In this document: positions 11,338 through 20,045 of the stretch, one piece after another
Numbering within the stretch: position 1 is the stretch's first letter
Layout: each line of letters starts with the position of its first letter
NCBI GenBank assembly: GCA_963790205.1
Contig: CAWBNQ010000008.1
Location: 96,001-160,000 of the forward strand
Reading direction: 5' to 3'
From: Nitrospirota bacterium
GTDB taxonomy: Bacteria > Nitrospirota > UBA9217
Length of the DNA: 64,000 nucleotides
The notes under the pieces: generated by a model
The model's database searches: none
Told to the model about the DNA's origin: nothing
What the model saw: only the letters and a program-made list of their open reading frames with translations
Position numbers and translations under genes: made by a program

Positions 11338-11661
11338 ATGAAAAAGCTTTTCGTCACAGCGATCGTAGTCGTAGCAACCTTCGTTCTCTCCGTCTCCGCC
11401 TTTGCAGTGCCGGCGGGTAAGACCGTTGAGTTCGATGCAAAGGGCGCCGGCAAGGTGATCTTCGACGGCGGAGTCCATGCCGCCAAAGGCCTCAAGTGCG
11501 CAGATTGCCATGGGGCGGGCATCTTCAAGATGAAGAAGGGTGCAGACGCCATCACCATGAAGGACATCAATGAGGGCAAGTTCTGCGGCGCCTGCCACAA
11601 CGGCACCAAGGCCTTCAGCGCGAAGGACGCAGCCAACTGCGGCAAGTGCCACCAAAAGTAA
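11338..11661 (+). CDS. c7-type triheme periplasmic cytochrome c
   Basis: Signal peptide; CADCH, CGACH and CGKCH; ITMKDINEGKFCGACH. Confidence 0.9.
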   Translation: MKKLFVTAIVVVATFVLSVSAFAVPAGKTVEFDAKGAGKVIFDGGVHAAKGLKCADCHGAGIFKMKKGADAITMKDINEGKFCGACHNGTKAFSAKDAANCGKCHQK

Positions 11662-11690
11662 GATGTCATTATCCAGAAGCATCCGGCAAC

Positions 11691-11723
11691 AAAACCTCAC
11701 GGGTAACCGTGAGGTTTTTTTTT
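11691..11723 (+). terminator. Rho-independent terminator
   Basis: AAAACCTCACGG/CCGTGAGGTTTT hairpin with T tail. Confidence 0.85.
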
Positions 11724-11874
11724 GCGATTACGTCAACAAGGCCATCCGGAAAGCTGAAGTCTGCCTGCAAAATTAAAGAGGACCTCAGAAACCATACGAT
11801 AACCATAATTTTGATGAGACGATGGCGAGACAGAATATTGCAATATTCGAACAGCGTAAATTACTATATGGTTC

Positions 11875-11903
11875 TTGACATAAATAGATTTGTAGATTAA
11901 AAT
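11875..11903 (+). promoter_or_regulatory. Sigma70-like promoter for the second c7 cytochrome
   Basis: TTGACA-N17-TAAAAT. Confidence 0.6.
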
Positions 11904-12025
11904 TCGAACGTTACATTCTCTCTAATTGTAAATATCATGTGTCTGCGGCCGAGGAAAGTTTTATCTCCATAAGAGTTTTTGATGTTGCTCTTTGCACTAT
12001 CTTCTCGATGAAAGGAGGTGAAACT

Positions 12026-12337
12026 ATGAAGAAGCTTCTCGTAATCGCACTCGTAGCGGTTGTATCCTTTGTTCTGGCTGCCTCAGCGTTTGCCGTCGGC
12101 CCGGGCAAGACGGTGGAGTTTGAGAAAGGCGGTAAAGTGGTATTCAGCGGGGACGTGCATGCCAAGGCAGGTCTTAAGTGCAATGATTGCCACCCGGCCA
12201 TTTTCAAGATGAAAAAGGGAGCCGACACCATCACCATGGCAGAGATCAACGCCGGCAAGTTCTGCGGTACCTGCCACAAAGAGGGCGGCAAGGCATTCGC
12301 GACAAAGGACTGCGCCAAGTGCCACCAGAAGAAGTAG
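12026..12337 (+). CDS. c7-type triheme cytochrome c (paralog)
   Basis: Signal peptide; CNDCH, CGTCH and CAKCH; highly similar to 11338-11661. Confidence 0.9.
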   Translation: MKKLLVIALVAVVSFVLAASAFAVGPGKTVEFEKGGKVVFSGDVHAKAGLKCNDCHPAIFKMKKGADTITMAEINAGKFCGTCHKEGGKAFATKDCAKCHQKK

Positions 12338-12357
12338 AAGGTCATTAATGCGGCGAC

Positions 12358-12393
12358 AAAAAACCCTCACGGCAAAACCGTGAGGGTTTTTTT
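12358..12393. terminator. Bidirectional terminator (between c7 gene and original selC 3' end)
   Basis: AAAAAACCCTCACGG-loop-CCGTGAGGGTTTTTTT. Confidence 0.85.
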
Positions 12394-12398
12394 ATTTG

Positions 12399-12422
12399 TG
12401 GCGGGAGAGCATGAGAATCGAA
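12399..12422. repeat. att core (displaced copy of tRNA-Sec 3' end)
   Basis: Identical to 25701-25724. Confidence 0.95.
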
Positions 12423-12443
12423 ATAATCTCAGCCTATGATTTA

Positions 12444-13616
12444 TCACGTCTTTTTTGCCGTTACGGGGAGAACGCGGGGAGAGGTTCTTCGAGCCAGTAC
12501 GTCCCGCAGATATTCCGTTCGGCTGTGCGTGTAGCGTGCCGTAGAACGCGCATCAGCGTGCCTCATGAGCGCTTGGGCTGCCACACCTTCCGCGACCTCT
12601 GAAATCTGCGTACAGAAAGAATGGCGACCGCCCTCGTAATGGGTACAGGGCAACTTCGTATATTTTTTCCAGTAATGGCCGAGCCGTTGAACTGTGTAAT
12701 GACTCTTGCTTGTCGGATTGATGAAAACCCAATCCTCGGGAAACCGGCCAGCTGACCTCGATCGTGCAATTTCCAGGGCCACGTCAGACAAAGGGACCGT
12801 CTTTTTGTGAGCTTCCTTGTCAGCTTCCCTGAGCCTCCGCATGGTGAACGTCCGCTGCACTCTCATGGTCCGACTCTGGAAGTCTATATCTTTAATCTTG
12901 AGTGCGCACGTTTCCCCTGGTCGGATGCCTGTCTCGAATTCAAACTTATAAACGTCTCGGTGGATCTCCGGTATTTTTTTAAGGGCTGCCGCCTGATCTT
13001 CGAGTGTGAGCGCTATACGCGGCTCCGAATCGTTGCCATTGATGGTAGGGAAGGGGGGCACTTCTGATATAAGGCCCTTCTTCCACATCCATTTCATAGC
13101 GGCGTGCAGAGTGTTTAAGATTTCCCGTTTCGTTTTGAGCTTGATCGTGTTTGGCAACTCATCTTTGAAATTCTCAATATCCGAGAACCTGATTTCCTTA
13201 ACGTCCAGGTGCCCGAGAATAGGGGATAGGTGAGTTTTGGTTCTTGATTGATAAGCGTGGAGGGTACCGTAGGAGAGTTCGCCGCTTTTTACTTCTTCTT
13301 TTTTCTGATCTAGCCAGCGTTCTAGCACAGCGGATAGCTGCCGAGCCTTAATGCTCTCAGGCTGCCAGCTGGCAGGGTCAAAACGCTTCTTCTCTTTGGT
13401 GATGGATTCGTTTATTTCTTTTAGAAGGGAAAATGCTTGGAGGAAACCGAGCTTTGCATCTGGGTTCTTGCTGTCGCGGTAATACTTGAACTTCCGTCTA
13501 TTGTGATACAGCTCAACATAGCACCATGCTTGGTCGCACTTCGGACAGGTCCCGGTGATGTCGGACATGGCAGTACCACACCGCCTGCACCTTATCGCGC
13601 CCTTGAAGTTCTTCAT
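12444..13616 (-). CDS. Tyrosine integrase with N-terminal zinc ribbon
   Basis: GIRPGE, GGRHSF, MRHAD and TARY catalytic motifs; N-terminal CRRC...CPKC; ATG 13616 has a purine-rich RBS (ORF track extends to 13721). Confidence 0.9.
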   Translation of the reverse strand: MKNFKGAIRCRRCGTAMSDITGTCPKCDQAWCYVELYHNRRKFKYYRDSKNPDAKLGFLQAFSLLKEINESITKEKKRFDPASWQPESIKARQLSAVLERWLDQKKEEVKSGELSYGTLHAYQSRTKTHLSPILGHLDVKEIRFSDIENFKDELPNTIKLKTKREILNTLHAAMKWMWKKGLISEVPPFPTINGNDSEPRIALTLEDQAAALKKIPEIHRDVYKFEFETGIRPGETCALKIKDIDFQSRTMRVQRTFTMRRLREADKEAHKKTVPLSDVALEIARSRSAGRFPEDWVFINPTSKSHYTVQRLGHYWKKYTKLPCTHYEGGRHSFCTQISEVAEGVAAQALMRHADARSTARYTHSRTEYLRDVLARRTSPRVLPVTAKKT

Positions 13617-13812
13617 CGCCACCCCCAAGATCGTAGAGGGTGCGATTTTATTCTGATTCACCGCCAAAGTCAAGCTGCCGTCCTCGACGGTAGACACTAC
13701 CAAATTATTACCCAAAGGCAAAAATCAGATGCGGCAGATCACGGACTTACCGGGGCCTGACCCCAGGGCTGAATGGGTAATAAAAAATCATTTCTCAATA
13801 ACGGAAAGGAGA

Positions 13813-14163
13813 ATGAAGATGGAAAAGGCGATTTACGAAGTTGTCTGTCTGAACAGTGAAAGAGAGCGGTATTCGATATTCCCGGTTATAGTAGAGCATC
13901 CGAGGGCAGAGGATGTCATAGCGGAGGCCAACAGAACATTGGGAGCCAGGCTGTTTGCAAAAGTTGACATACAGAATAAGATCAAGGAGTCTCTCCGACG
14001 GCTTGCCGGCACTGTCAAGAGCATCTCGTGCTGCCTCCTGAAGCGAATCAATAGTAATGAGCAGGCCCATAACATCTGTATCTGCCGAGAAGTGGCCGCC
14101 TTCATGAAGAGCATTCACGCTTATGATGGTATCGCCTTCTTTGTACTGGCCCGATTCTGCTGA
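13813..14163 (+). CDS. Hypothetical protein
   Basis: ORF with AAGGAG RBS; no recognised motif. Confidence 0.5.
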   Translation: MKMEKAIYEVVCLNSERERYSIFPVIVEHPRAEDVIAEANRTLGARLFAKVDIQNKIKESLRRLAGTVKSISCCLLKRINSNEQAHNICICREVAAFMKSIHAYDGIAFFVLARFC

Positions 14164-14260
14164 TCGTGGAGAGCAACCGCATCGTATGGCCGCCTGTGTA
14201 GAATTGAAATCAACAATGTATTCAAAGGGAAAGCGCTCTTCTCGCATCTCTTTTTTTTTC
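14148..14260 (-). pseudogene. Degenerate terminase small subunit N-terminal fragment
   Basis: ERFPFEYIVDFNSTQAAIRCGCSPRSAE resembles the TerS consensus RFxxEYLxDLNATQAAIRAGYSxxTA. Confidence 0.6.
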
Positions 14261-14467
14261 GTCCTGGCCTTATCCCCCCCCGCCTTCCCCATGGATATAT
14301 GCCCTTCTTACGCGCCAGTGCCGGGAACCGCATCACCCGACTTGGTGGAACCTGGGATTCGGTGCGATTCAGAGTATAGGGCCTGTGTGAAATGAAGTAG
14401 CGGCCAGGGTAGTCAGATCCCCAGAAAAAGGCCGGGATGAAAATTCAATAAAGCCGACTTTTTTCTC

Positions 14468-14496
14468 TTGACACAAAGATTTCATTGTGATAAATT
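14468..14496 (+). promoter_or_regulatory. Sigma70-like promoter of the replication/packaging operon
   Basis: TTGACA-N17-TAAATT. Confidence 0.6.
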
Positions 14497-14575
14497 TTAT
14501 TCAATGACCATTGAGCGGTTTTTTCGCTCGCGCATGAAAAACTAAATACTCACCAGCGGCACTCTGAACAAACAG

Positions 14576-14618
14576 ACCCGCTCTTTATCGCAATTACTGC
14601 GATGGGAGCGGGTTTTTT
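14576..14618 (+). terminator. Leader terminator/attenuator
   Basis: ACCCGCTC...GAGCGGGT stem with inner ATCGCA/TGCGAT stem and a T run. Confidence 0.75.
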
Positions 14619-15019
14619 ATTGGTCTTTTGCAGTTCGACTTACTGAGCCCTCGAACGCGAGTTCATGGCAATGATCGGATCGCGCGGTCCGGCGTTGACG
14701 ATGAACACCAAGTTCCGAGAGCTTGGCAGTCGAGGCAGCACTTCAGGCTTCTTCGTTTCAGTGAATACTCCGCGAATCGGGAAATTCGCGGAATCACTGG
14801 ACGGCAGGTTGTTCACCATCGACCCCGGCCCGCGGGATACTCGGCTGATGAACGACATGCGGCGGATGAATCCGCGAGAAGACATGCGTTGGAAACCCGT
14901 GAAGTTTGCGGCACCGATAGGGTTTTGCGGCCGTTAAAACGTGGCCCGTGAGCCGCGGACGGCCGAAGTTGCACCGCATTATTGAAAAAAAAAGAAATTA
15001 CGAAAAAAAAGGAGATTCC

Positions 15020-15382
15020 ATGAAAAAGCTTCCCGAAGTCAAAAATATCTTTTCCGATCCTAAGCCGGAAATTCTGGAAATCAGCCACATCGCGTCTTTA
15101 CCCGCATCCGTTTCAACCATTCCGATCGACAATCTCGAAATGTCCGCATACTTGTGTGCGACCACCCCCTTTGATCCCACGCTTGAAATGGCAGGCAGCC
15201 GCGTCGCGTTCCACTTTCCGAATTGCCCCGAAGTTCAAACTGCCATAATGCTATTTTTGGGCAATGCTGCATGCCCAATTCAGGGCTACTTGAACCATTT
15301 CAAGTTCCTGAGGCGGCGTCTTTTTGAGGCCAAGGGCGGCGGACTGTCAACGCCTTCAAGATCAGCAGCGCCCAGGGGTTAA
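15020..15382 (+). CDS. Small phage/satellite protein (DUF5659-like)
   Basis: DNLEMSAYL...RVAFHFP...FKFLRRRL pattern recalled from the family; AGGAG RBS; precedes the primase. Confidence 0.5.
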   Translation: MKKLPEVKNIFSDPKPEILEISHIASLPASVSTIPIDNLEMSAYLCATTPFDPTLEMAGSRVAFHFPNCPEVQTAIMLFLGNAACPIQGYLNHFKFLRRRLFEAKGGGLSTPSRSAAPRG

Positions 15383-15394
15383 GGGGGGGCCGCC

Positions 15395-15901
15395 ATGACG
15401 ACTATCCTCGACAAGCCGGACATTCTCCCGGTCATCGAACAATACACGTCTCTCCGAAAAGTCGGGAAGAATTACTCGGGCCTTTGCCCTTTTCACGACG
15501 AGAGAACTCCGAGCTTTATCGTGGACACGAACCGGCAGCGTTTTAAGTGCTTCGGTTGCGGTGAGTCCGGGGATGTTCTCGACTTTGTGCAAAAGATTCA
15601 TGGTGCAGACTTCAAGGGATCTCTTTCGATTCTCGGCATTGCAAGTGGCCGGAAAAATCGTCCGGACCCAGTGCAAGTCCGCAAACGTGATCTTGAACGG
15701 GCTTTCAGGCTTTGGGAGCGCGAATACTTCGCCAAGGTTTCTGCAGAATACCGACTACTGAACAAGGCGCTTGATGCGTTGAACCCCGAGAGCGCGGACG
15801 AGCTCTTGAAGCGCCGAACTATCCTTGAATACCACCTGGATATTCTCTCAGGGTGTGACGAGGACAAAGTTGAGTTATACCGGGCGGTGCGCCATGGATA
15901 A
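15395..15901 (+). CDS. CHC2 zinc-finger (DnaG N-terminal-like) primase protein
   Basis: GLCPFHDERTPSF...FKCFGCGESGDVLDFV. Confidence 0.9.
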   Translation: MTTILDKPDILPVIEQYTSLRKVGKNYSGLCPFHDERTPSFIVDTNRQRFKCFGCGESGDVLDFVQKIHGADFKGSLSILGIASGRKNRPDPVQVRKRDLERAFRLWEREYFAKVSAEYRLLNKALDALNPESADELLKRRTILEYHLDILSGCDEDKVELYRAVRHG

Positions 15902-17627
15902 AAAATATGACGTGGGCACGGCATTACTTGAGATAGAAAAACCAGAGAATCTCGAAACGATAACATCGGATGTCCGCGGCCAAATTCTTACTGTCTTGAC
16001 GAACGCTAACATTAAGGGCTCTGCCAGAAGCCGGAAAGTGGCAGAGATTGCGCTATCGGCCCTGTTGAAAGTCGGGCGCCTGTATTATCATGCCGAACTA
16101 CGGGACTTTCACTCGGCCATGCTCTTCGACCTGCACGCGAAACGCCTCTTACGAATACGCTCTGATGCTTTCGGTTCCTGGCTCTCTGAGTGGCTTGGCA
16201 TCAATCGCGCCGACACATTATATAAATTTGTATTCGCAGAGATCGAAACCGCTGCACTTTCAGACAACCACTCCACGCCGATCCTTCCAGAAGCCTATTG
16301 GGCGAGCCGTCCTGATGCAGTTTATCTTTCCAATGGTGATGGACATGCCATCAAAATCACGGCCGATGGCGTTCAACTCGTGGACAACGGCACAGACGGC
16401 GTTTTGTTTCCTGCAGGACATACACTTGCTCCGTGGAAACTTACTGAACCCCGCGATGCTTTTGAAGTCTGCCGCCTTTTTCGAGAAGCCCATTGCAGTG
16501 ATACGCACGGTATGGATTTATTACGGCTCTGGCTTTACAGCCTGCCAAGTAATCCGCGAAGTAAGCCTCCGCTATGTCTACCTGGAAACGTCGGATCTGG
16601 TAAAACGCGGACCGCGAAAGGCTTCGCTGAATTATTCGGAATTCCTTTTGTCGCACACAAGGTTGAGGAATATAAGGAGGACGACTTCTGGCCGGCTTGC
16701 AACGTGGGCGGACTGCTCGTGCTCGACAATGCAGACACCCGGTGTCGATGGCTAGCGGACGCACTCGCAAACGCAGCAACGGACGGATGCTCTCAGCAGC
16801 GCAAAAAATACACCAATTCTGAAATTGTAACTCTCCGCCCCCGCGCATGGTTGGCAGTTACCACAGCGAACCCAACTTTCGCGGCTGACTCCGGCCTCGC
16901 TGATCGCTTAATCGTTGCTCGCATGGAGCGCCGGGATGGCGAAGACACCGGCGATGCGGAACTCGGAGCGGAAATATCAGCAGCCCGAGACGCAGGGCTT
17001 TCTCATATAGCGCAGACTTTAAGCACTGCACTTGCCGATAAGGCACCCGTGCCTGGGGGTTTGAATCGACGACATCCTGATTTCGCCGAGTTTGCTGTGC
17101 GGATTGGGCGCGCGCTGGGCCGCGAGCGCGAAACCATAGCCGCCCTCAAAAATGCCGAGCAGGACAAGTCGGCATTCTGCCTGGAGAATGATTCCATTGC
17201 AACGGCGCTCATGGCATACCTTGAGCAAGTCGAGATGTTTACAGGGATGGCCTCTGAGCTTTGCTCTAGGCTCATTGAAACCGACGCGGAACTTTCTGGG
17301 CATCTAAGCCCAAAGCGGCTCTCGAAACGGCTTTCTGCCCTTTGGCCGCACCTACAGGCTATCCTAAAAACTGCCAAGCGTGAGCAGGATCGCAAGCGTT
17401 TCGTAATATTCACACTCGAAAAGAGGGATTCTGCCGAGTTTGCCGATATTGAAAGGCCAATTCCTATAAAGTCCCTATATGATTCTCCCGCGAGAGTTTT
17501 AGAGAAACAGCCTTTCAATATCGGCAAACTCGGCAAGTCTGAAAAATGTTCCACCTGTGGGCGGGTTTCGGCCTGCATGATGGTGGACGGGATGCGGGAT
17601 CTTTGCGGCGGACCTTTTCCCGAATAG
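15894..17627 (+). CDS. P-loop NTPase, putative replicative helicase
   Basis: GNVGSGKT Walker A, LLVLDN Walker B, RKKYTN and LADR; overlaps the primase gene. Confidence 0.8.
   Translation: MDKKYDVGTALLEIEKPENLETITSDVRGQILTVLTNANIKGSARSRKVAEIALSALLKVGRLYYHAELRDFHSAMLFDLHAKRLLRIRSDAFGSWLSEWLGINRADTLYKFVFAEIETAALSDNHSTPILPEAYWASRPDAVYLSNGDGHAIKITADGVQLVDNGTDGVLFPAGHTLAPWKLTEPRDAFEVCRLFREAHCSDTHGMDLLRLWLYSLPSNPRSKPPLCLPGNVGSGKTRTAKGFAELFGIPFVAHKVEEYKEDDFWPACNVGGLLVLDNADTRCRWLADALANAATDGCSQQRKKYTNSEIVTLRPRAWLAVTTANPTFAADSGLADRLIVARMERRDGEDTGDAELGAEISAARDAGLSHIAQTLSTALADKAPVPGGLNRRHPDFAEFAVRIGRALGRERETIAALKNAEQDKSAFCLENDSIATALMAYLEQVEMFTGMASELCSRLIETDAELSGHLSPKRLSKRLSALWPHLQAILKTAKREQDRKRFVIFTLEKRDSAEFADIERPIPIKSLYDSPARVLEKQPFNIGKLGKSEKCSTCGRVSACMMVDGMRDLCGGPFPE
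17432..17535. repeat. Perfect 26 bp inverted repeat, candidate replication origin
   Basis: TGCCGAGTTTGCCGATATTGAAAGGC (17432-17457) and its exact reverse complement (17510-17535), 52 bp spacer. Confidence 0.85.
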
Positions 17628-17685
17628 GCGGGGATGATCTGAGATGAGGCAGTACCAAAATACGGAACACGGAAAGGAGAAAATC

Positions 17686-17937
17686 ATGGGAACACGATCG
17701 GCTTTACCAGCAGAGGATGTAGCAACGCTCAGGGCACGGCGGGACGAGAACACCCGGAAGATTACGGACCTTCGGGCTTCCCTGGGCACCGCGCAGACTA
17801 AGTTTTTGCGGATCGACCAAGAACTTAAAGATCACTCGGCGGCATTCAAGGTCGAAAAGGCAAGGCTCATGGATGAGATCGCAGATTTGAAATCCCAGGT
17901 CGTGGCGCTCGGGCAGCAGTTGGGACAGGATTTTTAG
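17686..17937 (+). CDS. Coiled-coil hypothetical protein
   Basis: AAGGAG RBS; heptad-like helical composition. Confidence 0.6.
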   Translation: MGTRSALPAEDVATLRARRDENTRKITDLRASLGTAQTKFLRIDQELKDHSAAFKVEKARLMDEIADLKSQVVALGQQLGQDF

Positions 17938-17963
17938 GAAACAAGGCAGGTAGAGAGGGCGAC

Positions 17964-18236
17964 ATGGATAAGAACAAACGCAAGAGATCAACCAAGCTTT
18001 CCGAAAGGGAGAGGCGGTTCGTTCAACTGGTCGCCGAAGGCCGCCATTGCCTCTCCCGCTGCTTACTGATGTCCGGATATTCCCGAACCACGGCCATAAG
18101 CCAGGCCGCCCGCATCAGACGGAGGCCCCGAGTGCAAAAGGCAATCATTGAGGAGCGGATCAAGCGCGGTTTATTCTGCTCCAATGAAGAGCTTGCGCTC
18201 GTCGGGAAAAGTAGTGATGGTCGCGGTAGCAATTGA
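17964..18236 (+). CDS. Terminase small subunit-like HTH protein
   Basis: LSERERRFV...SGYSRTTAISQAARIRRRPRVQKAI matches the TerS N-terminal pattern. Confidence 0.65.
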   Translation: MDKNKRKRSTKLSERERRFVQLVAEGRHCLSRCLLMSGYSRTTAISQAARIRRRPRVQKAIIEERIKRGLFCSNEELALVGKSSDGRGSN

Positions 18237-18447
18237 GATCGGGTGGGTCGGGATTGACAAGGAGAAAACCGGTATAAAATTCCCCATACATAAATTTCGA
18301 CGTGAGAGGGAAAACATTGAAAGCACAGATACATTCAACGTTTTTCATGAAATTATGTGGAATAGGTGTCCGGTCGAATCCGAACTGAGAAAAGTCATGA
18401 AACTTTTGTCGAAAAAGTCGAGAATTTTTCGGCTGAAAATTTGTTGA
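18217..18447 (+). CDS. Hypothetical protein
   Basis: Short ORF overlapping the terS-like gene. Confidence 0.3.
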   Translation: MVAVAIEIGWVGIDKEKTGIKFPIHKFRRERENIESTDTFNVFHEIMWNRCPVESELRKVMKLLSKKSRIFRLKIC

Positions 18448-18486
18448 CCTCTTCCTAGGGAAACCTAGGGTTTGGAAACATCCTGA

Positions 18487-18582
18487 CCGGACACACCGGA
18501 CCTCCGGAACCGGCAGGGCAAGCAGTACACCGGACACCCGTTTAACGGCCCGGTGGGCGGATACTCGCTGTTAGCGACCCGC
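18487..18582 (+). promoter_or_regulatory. Three tandem CGG-AYAC-hairpin-CCG structured motifs in the 5' leader of the scaffold-like gene
   Basis: Copies at 18487-18513, 18531-18552 and 18558-18581; inner stems differ in sequence but all pair. Confidence 0.6.
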
Positions 18583-18598
18583 AAAAAAGGAGAGAGTC

Positions 18599-19591
18599 AT
18601 GACTACAGTAATGTCTCACGAAGTGACCACGCCGACAAGTGTGAAGGCGAGTGCTGATCAGGCACGGGCAATGATGGCCGAGATGGTGAAGGCCGACCTT
18701 GATGCTGGGTCGGTCATGGTCGTTCAGCATGAGGGTGCCCCAACGATACTGGCACCGGCAGCACCACAACCCACGATGACCCCGCCGTCGGCACCGGCTG
18801 GTCCTGATGGCGGTGCAGCAAGGATCGCTCAGCTCGAAGCGGCACTCGGCCAGTTGCAAGGCATTCTAAGTGACGAGAGCCGTGACACGTGGCGCCAGAA
18901 GTATCGCACTATTGACGGCATCCTGAAAAAGCGAAAAACAGAGGATCTCGCTAAAATCGCCGAGTTGGAGGTTGAGGTCAGAACTCTCCAGGGTGAGCTT
19001 GCACGGCATGAGCGCGGCGGCAGCGTCGAACTCGATGAACCTGTAGATTTGGATGCCGAGGATCAGCGGCTTGTTGACCGGCTCGGAGTCGCCCCGGAAG
19101 ACTACGCCTTAATGAAGCGAAAAATGACTGGTCAACCCTCCCGCGCCGACAAAGCGCAGGATGTTGCCAAGCAGAGCTATCTTTCAACCTTGAACGTTCT
19201 GGCTCCCGGCTGGCAGGATACGAAGGATGATCCGATGTTCAGCGACTACCTGAACGGGTTTCAAGATAACGCAAGCGGCCGAACGCTCCTGGAGGTCTTG
19301 CGCCAGGCCGACGCCGACGCCGATTCCGTGATGGTCGCAAAGGTTTACAATGAATTTTTTTCCCTGAGCAAAACCTCCCGTGGGAAGCTGGCCCGCACTC
19401 TTGAACCCAACAGCGGCTCTCGCGGCGGCAGACAGATCAGAGACAATACCAAGCCACTCCTTTCCCAGGCTGATTACCTCGCCTTTAGCCACAGTATCAC
19501 GCAGGGCACCTTCAAGGGTACTCCCGCGGAGGCTGAGAACATGCGGAAAATGTATACGGAGGCCATCGCAGAGGGTCGCCTGGTTAATTAG
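18599..19591 (+). CDS. Putative capsid scaffolding protein (podovirus-like)
   Basis: Disordered Pro/Ala N-terminus, coiled coil (WRQKYRTIDG), PGWQDTKDDPMFSDYLN, C-terminal AIAEGRLV. Confidence 0.6.
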   Translation: MTTVMSHEVTTPTSVKASADQARAMMAEMVKADLDAGSVMVVQHEGAPTILAPAAPQPTMTPPSAPAGPDGGAARIAQLEAALGQLQGILSDESRDTWRQKYRTIDGILKKRKTEDLAKIAELEVEVRTLQGELARHERGGSVELDEPVDLDAEDQRLVDRLGVAPEDYALMKRKMTGQPSRADKAQDVAKQSYLSTLNVLAPGWQDTKDDPMFSDYLNGFQDNASGRTLLEVLRQADADADSVMVAKVYNEFFSLSKTSRGKLARTLEPNSGSRGGRQIRDNTKPLLSQADYLAFSHSITQGTFKGTPAEAENMRKMYTEAIAEGRLVN

Positions 19592-19609
19592 CCCCATTCA
19601 ACAAATTAT

Positions 19610-19636
19610 CCCGAGGCTCACAGCCTCGGGCTTTTT
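19610..19636 (+). terminator. Rho-independent terminator after the scaffold-like gene
   Basis: CCCGAGGCT/AGCCTCGGG stem followed by CTTTTT. Confidence 0.75.
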
Positions 19637-19647
19637 CGAGGTGACGC

Positions 19648-20019
19648 ATGGGAAAGCGCATGCAGAAGGATGTCCAGAGCATTGTATTTGGAGTAGCTGA
19701 TACGCTCAAGTCCAGCCAGGGGTTCAACGAAAACGGATTCATTGAGCTCATAGTGCTCAAGGTGCCGAGTTTCACGAATGGCGTCACCGTCACCAAGCTG
19801 GAAATCCTTGACGACGACGGCGACGTAATCTGGACCCTCAGTACCGGCTGGGCTCAGAACGCGACGTTCCAGATCACCTCGGTAGACACGCTGGGCGTCC
19901 CGGTGAATACTCCGCGGAGCAACAATTATTACCAGGTGCGCGTCACGCTTTCCGGAGCACCCGGCGGGACCGGAGGGACAGTGACCGTCAAGAGCTATAT
20001 CAAGGCCAACAGCGTTTAA
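19648..20019 (+). CDS. Beta-rich hypothetical protein, possible capsid decoration protein
   Basis: Alternating Thr/Val/Gly beta-strand pattern; GAGGTG RBS; position in the head module. Confidence 0.45.
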   Translation: MGKRMQKDVQSIVFGVADTLKSSQGFNENGFIELIVLKVPSFTNGVTVTKLEILDDDGDVIWTLSTGWAQNATFQITSVDTLGVPVNTPRSNNYYQVRVTLSGAPGGTGGTVTVKSYIKANSV

Positions 20020-20045
20020 CAGCCGCACAGCGGCGGAAAGGATGC

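Noticed and set aside
14628..14951. Small ORFs (14628-14951, 14665-14937) as an AlpA/excisionase
   Set aside because: No HTH pattern or convincing RBS; coding status unsupported.
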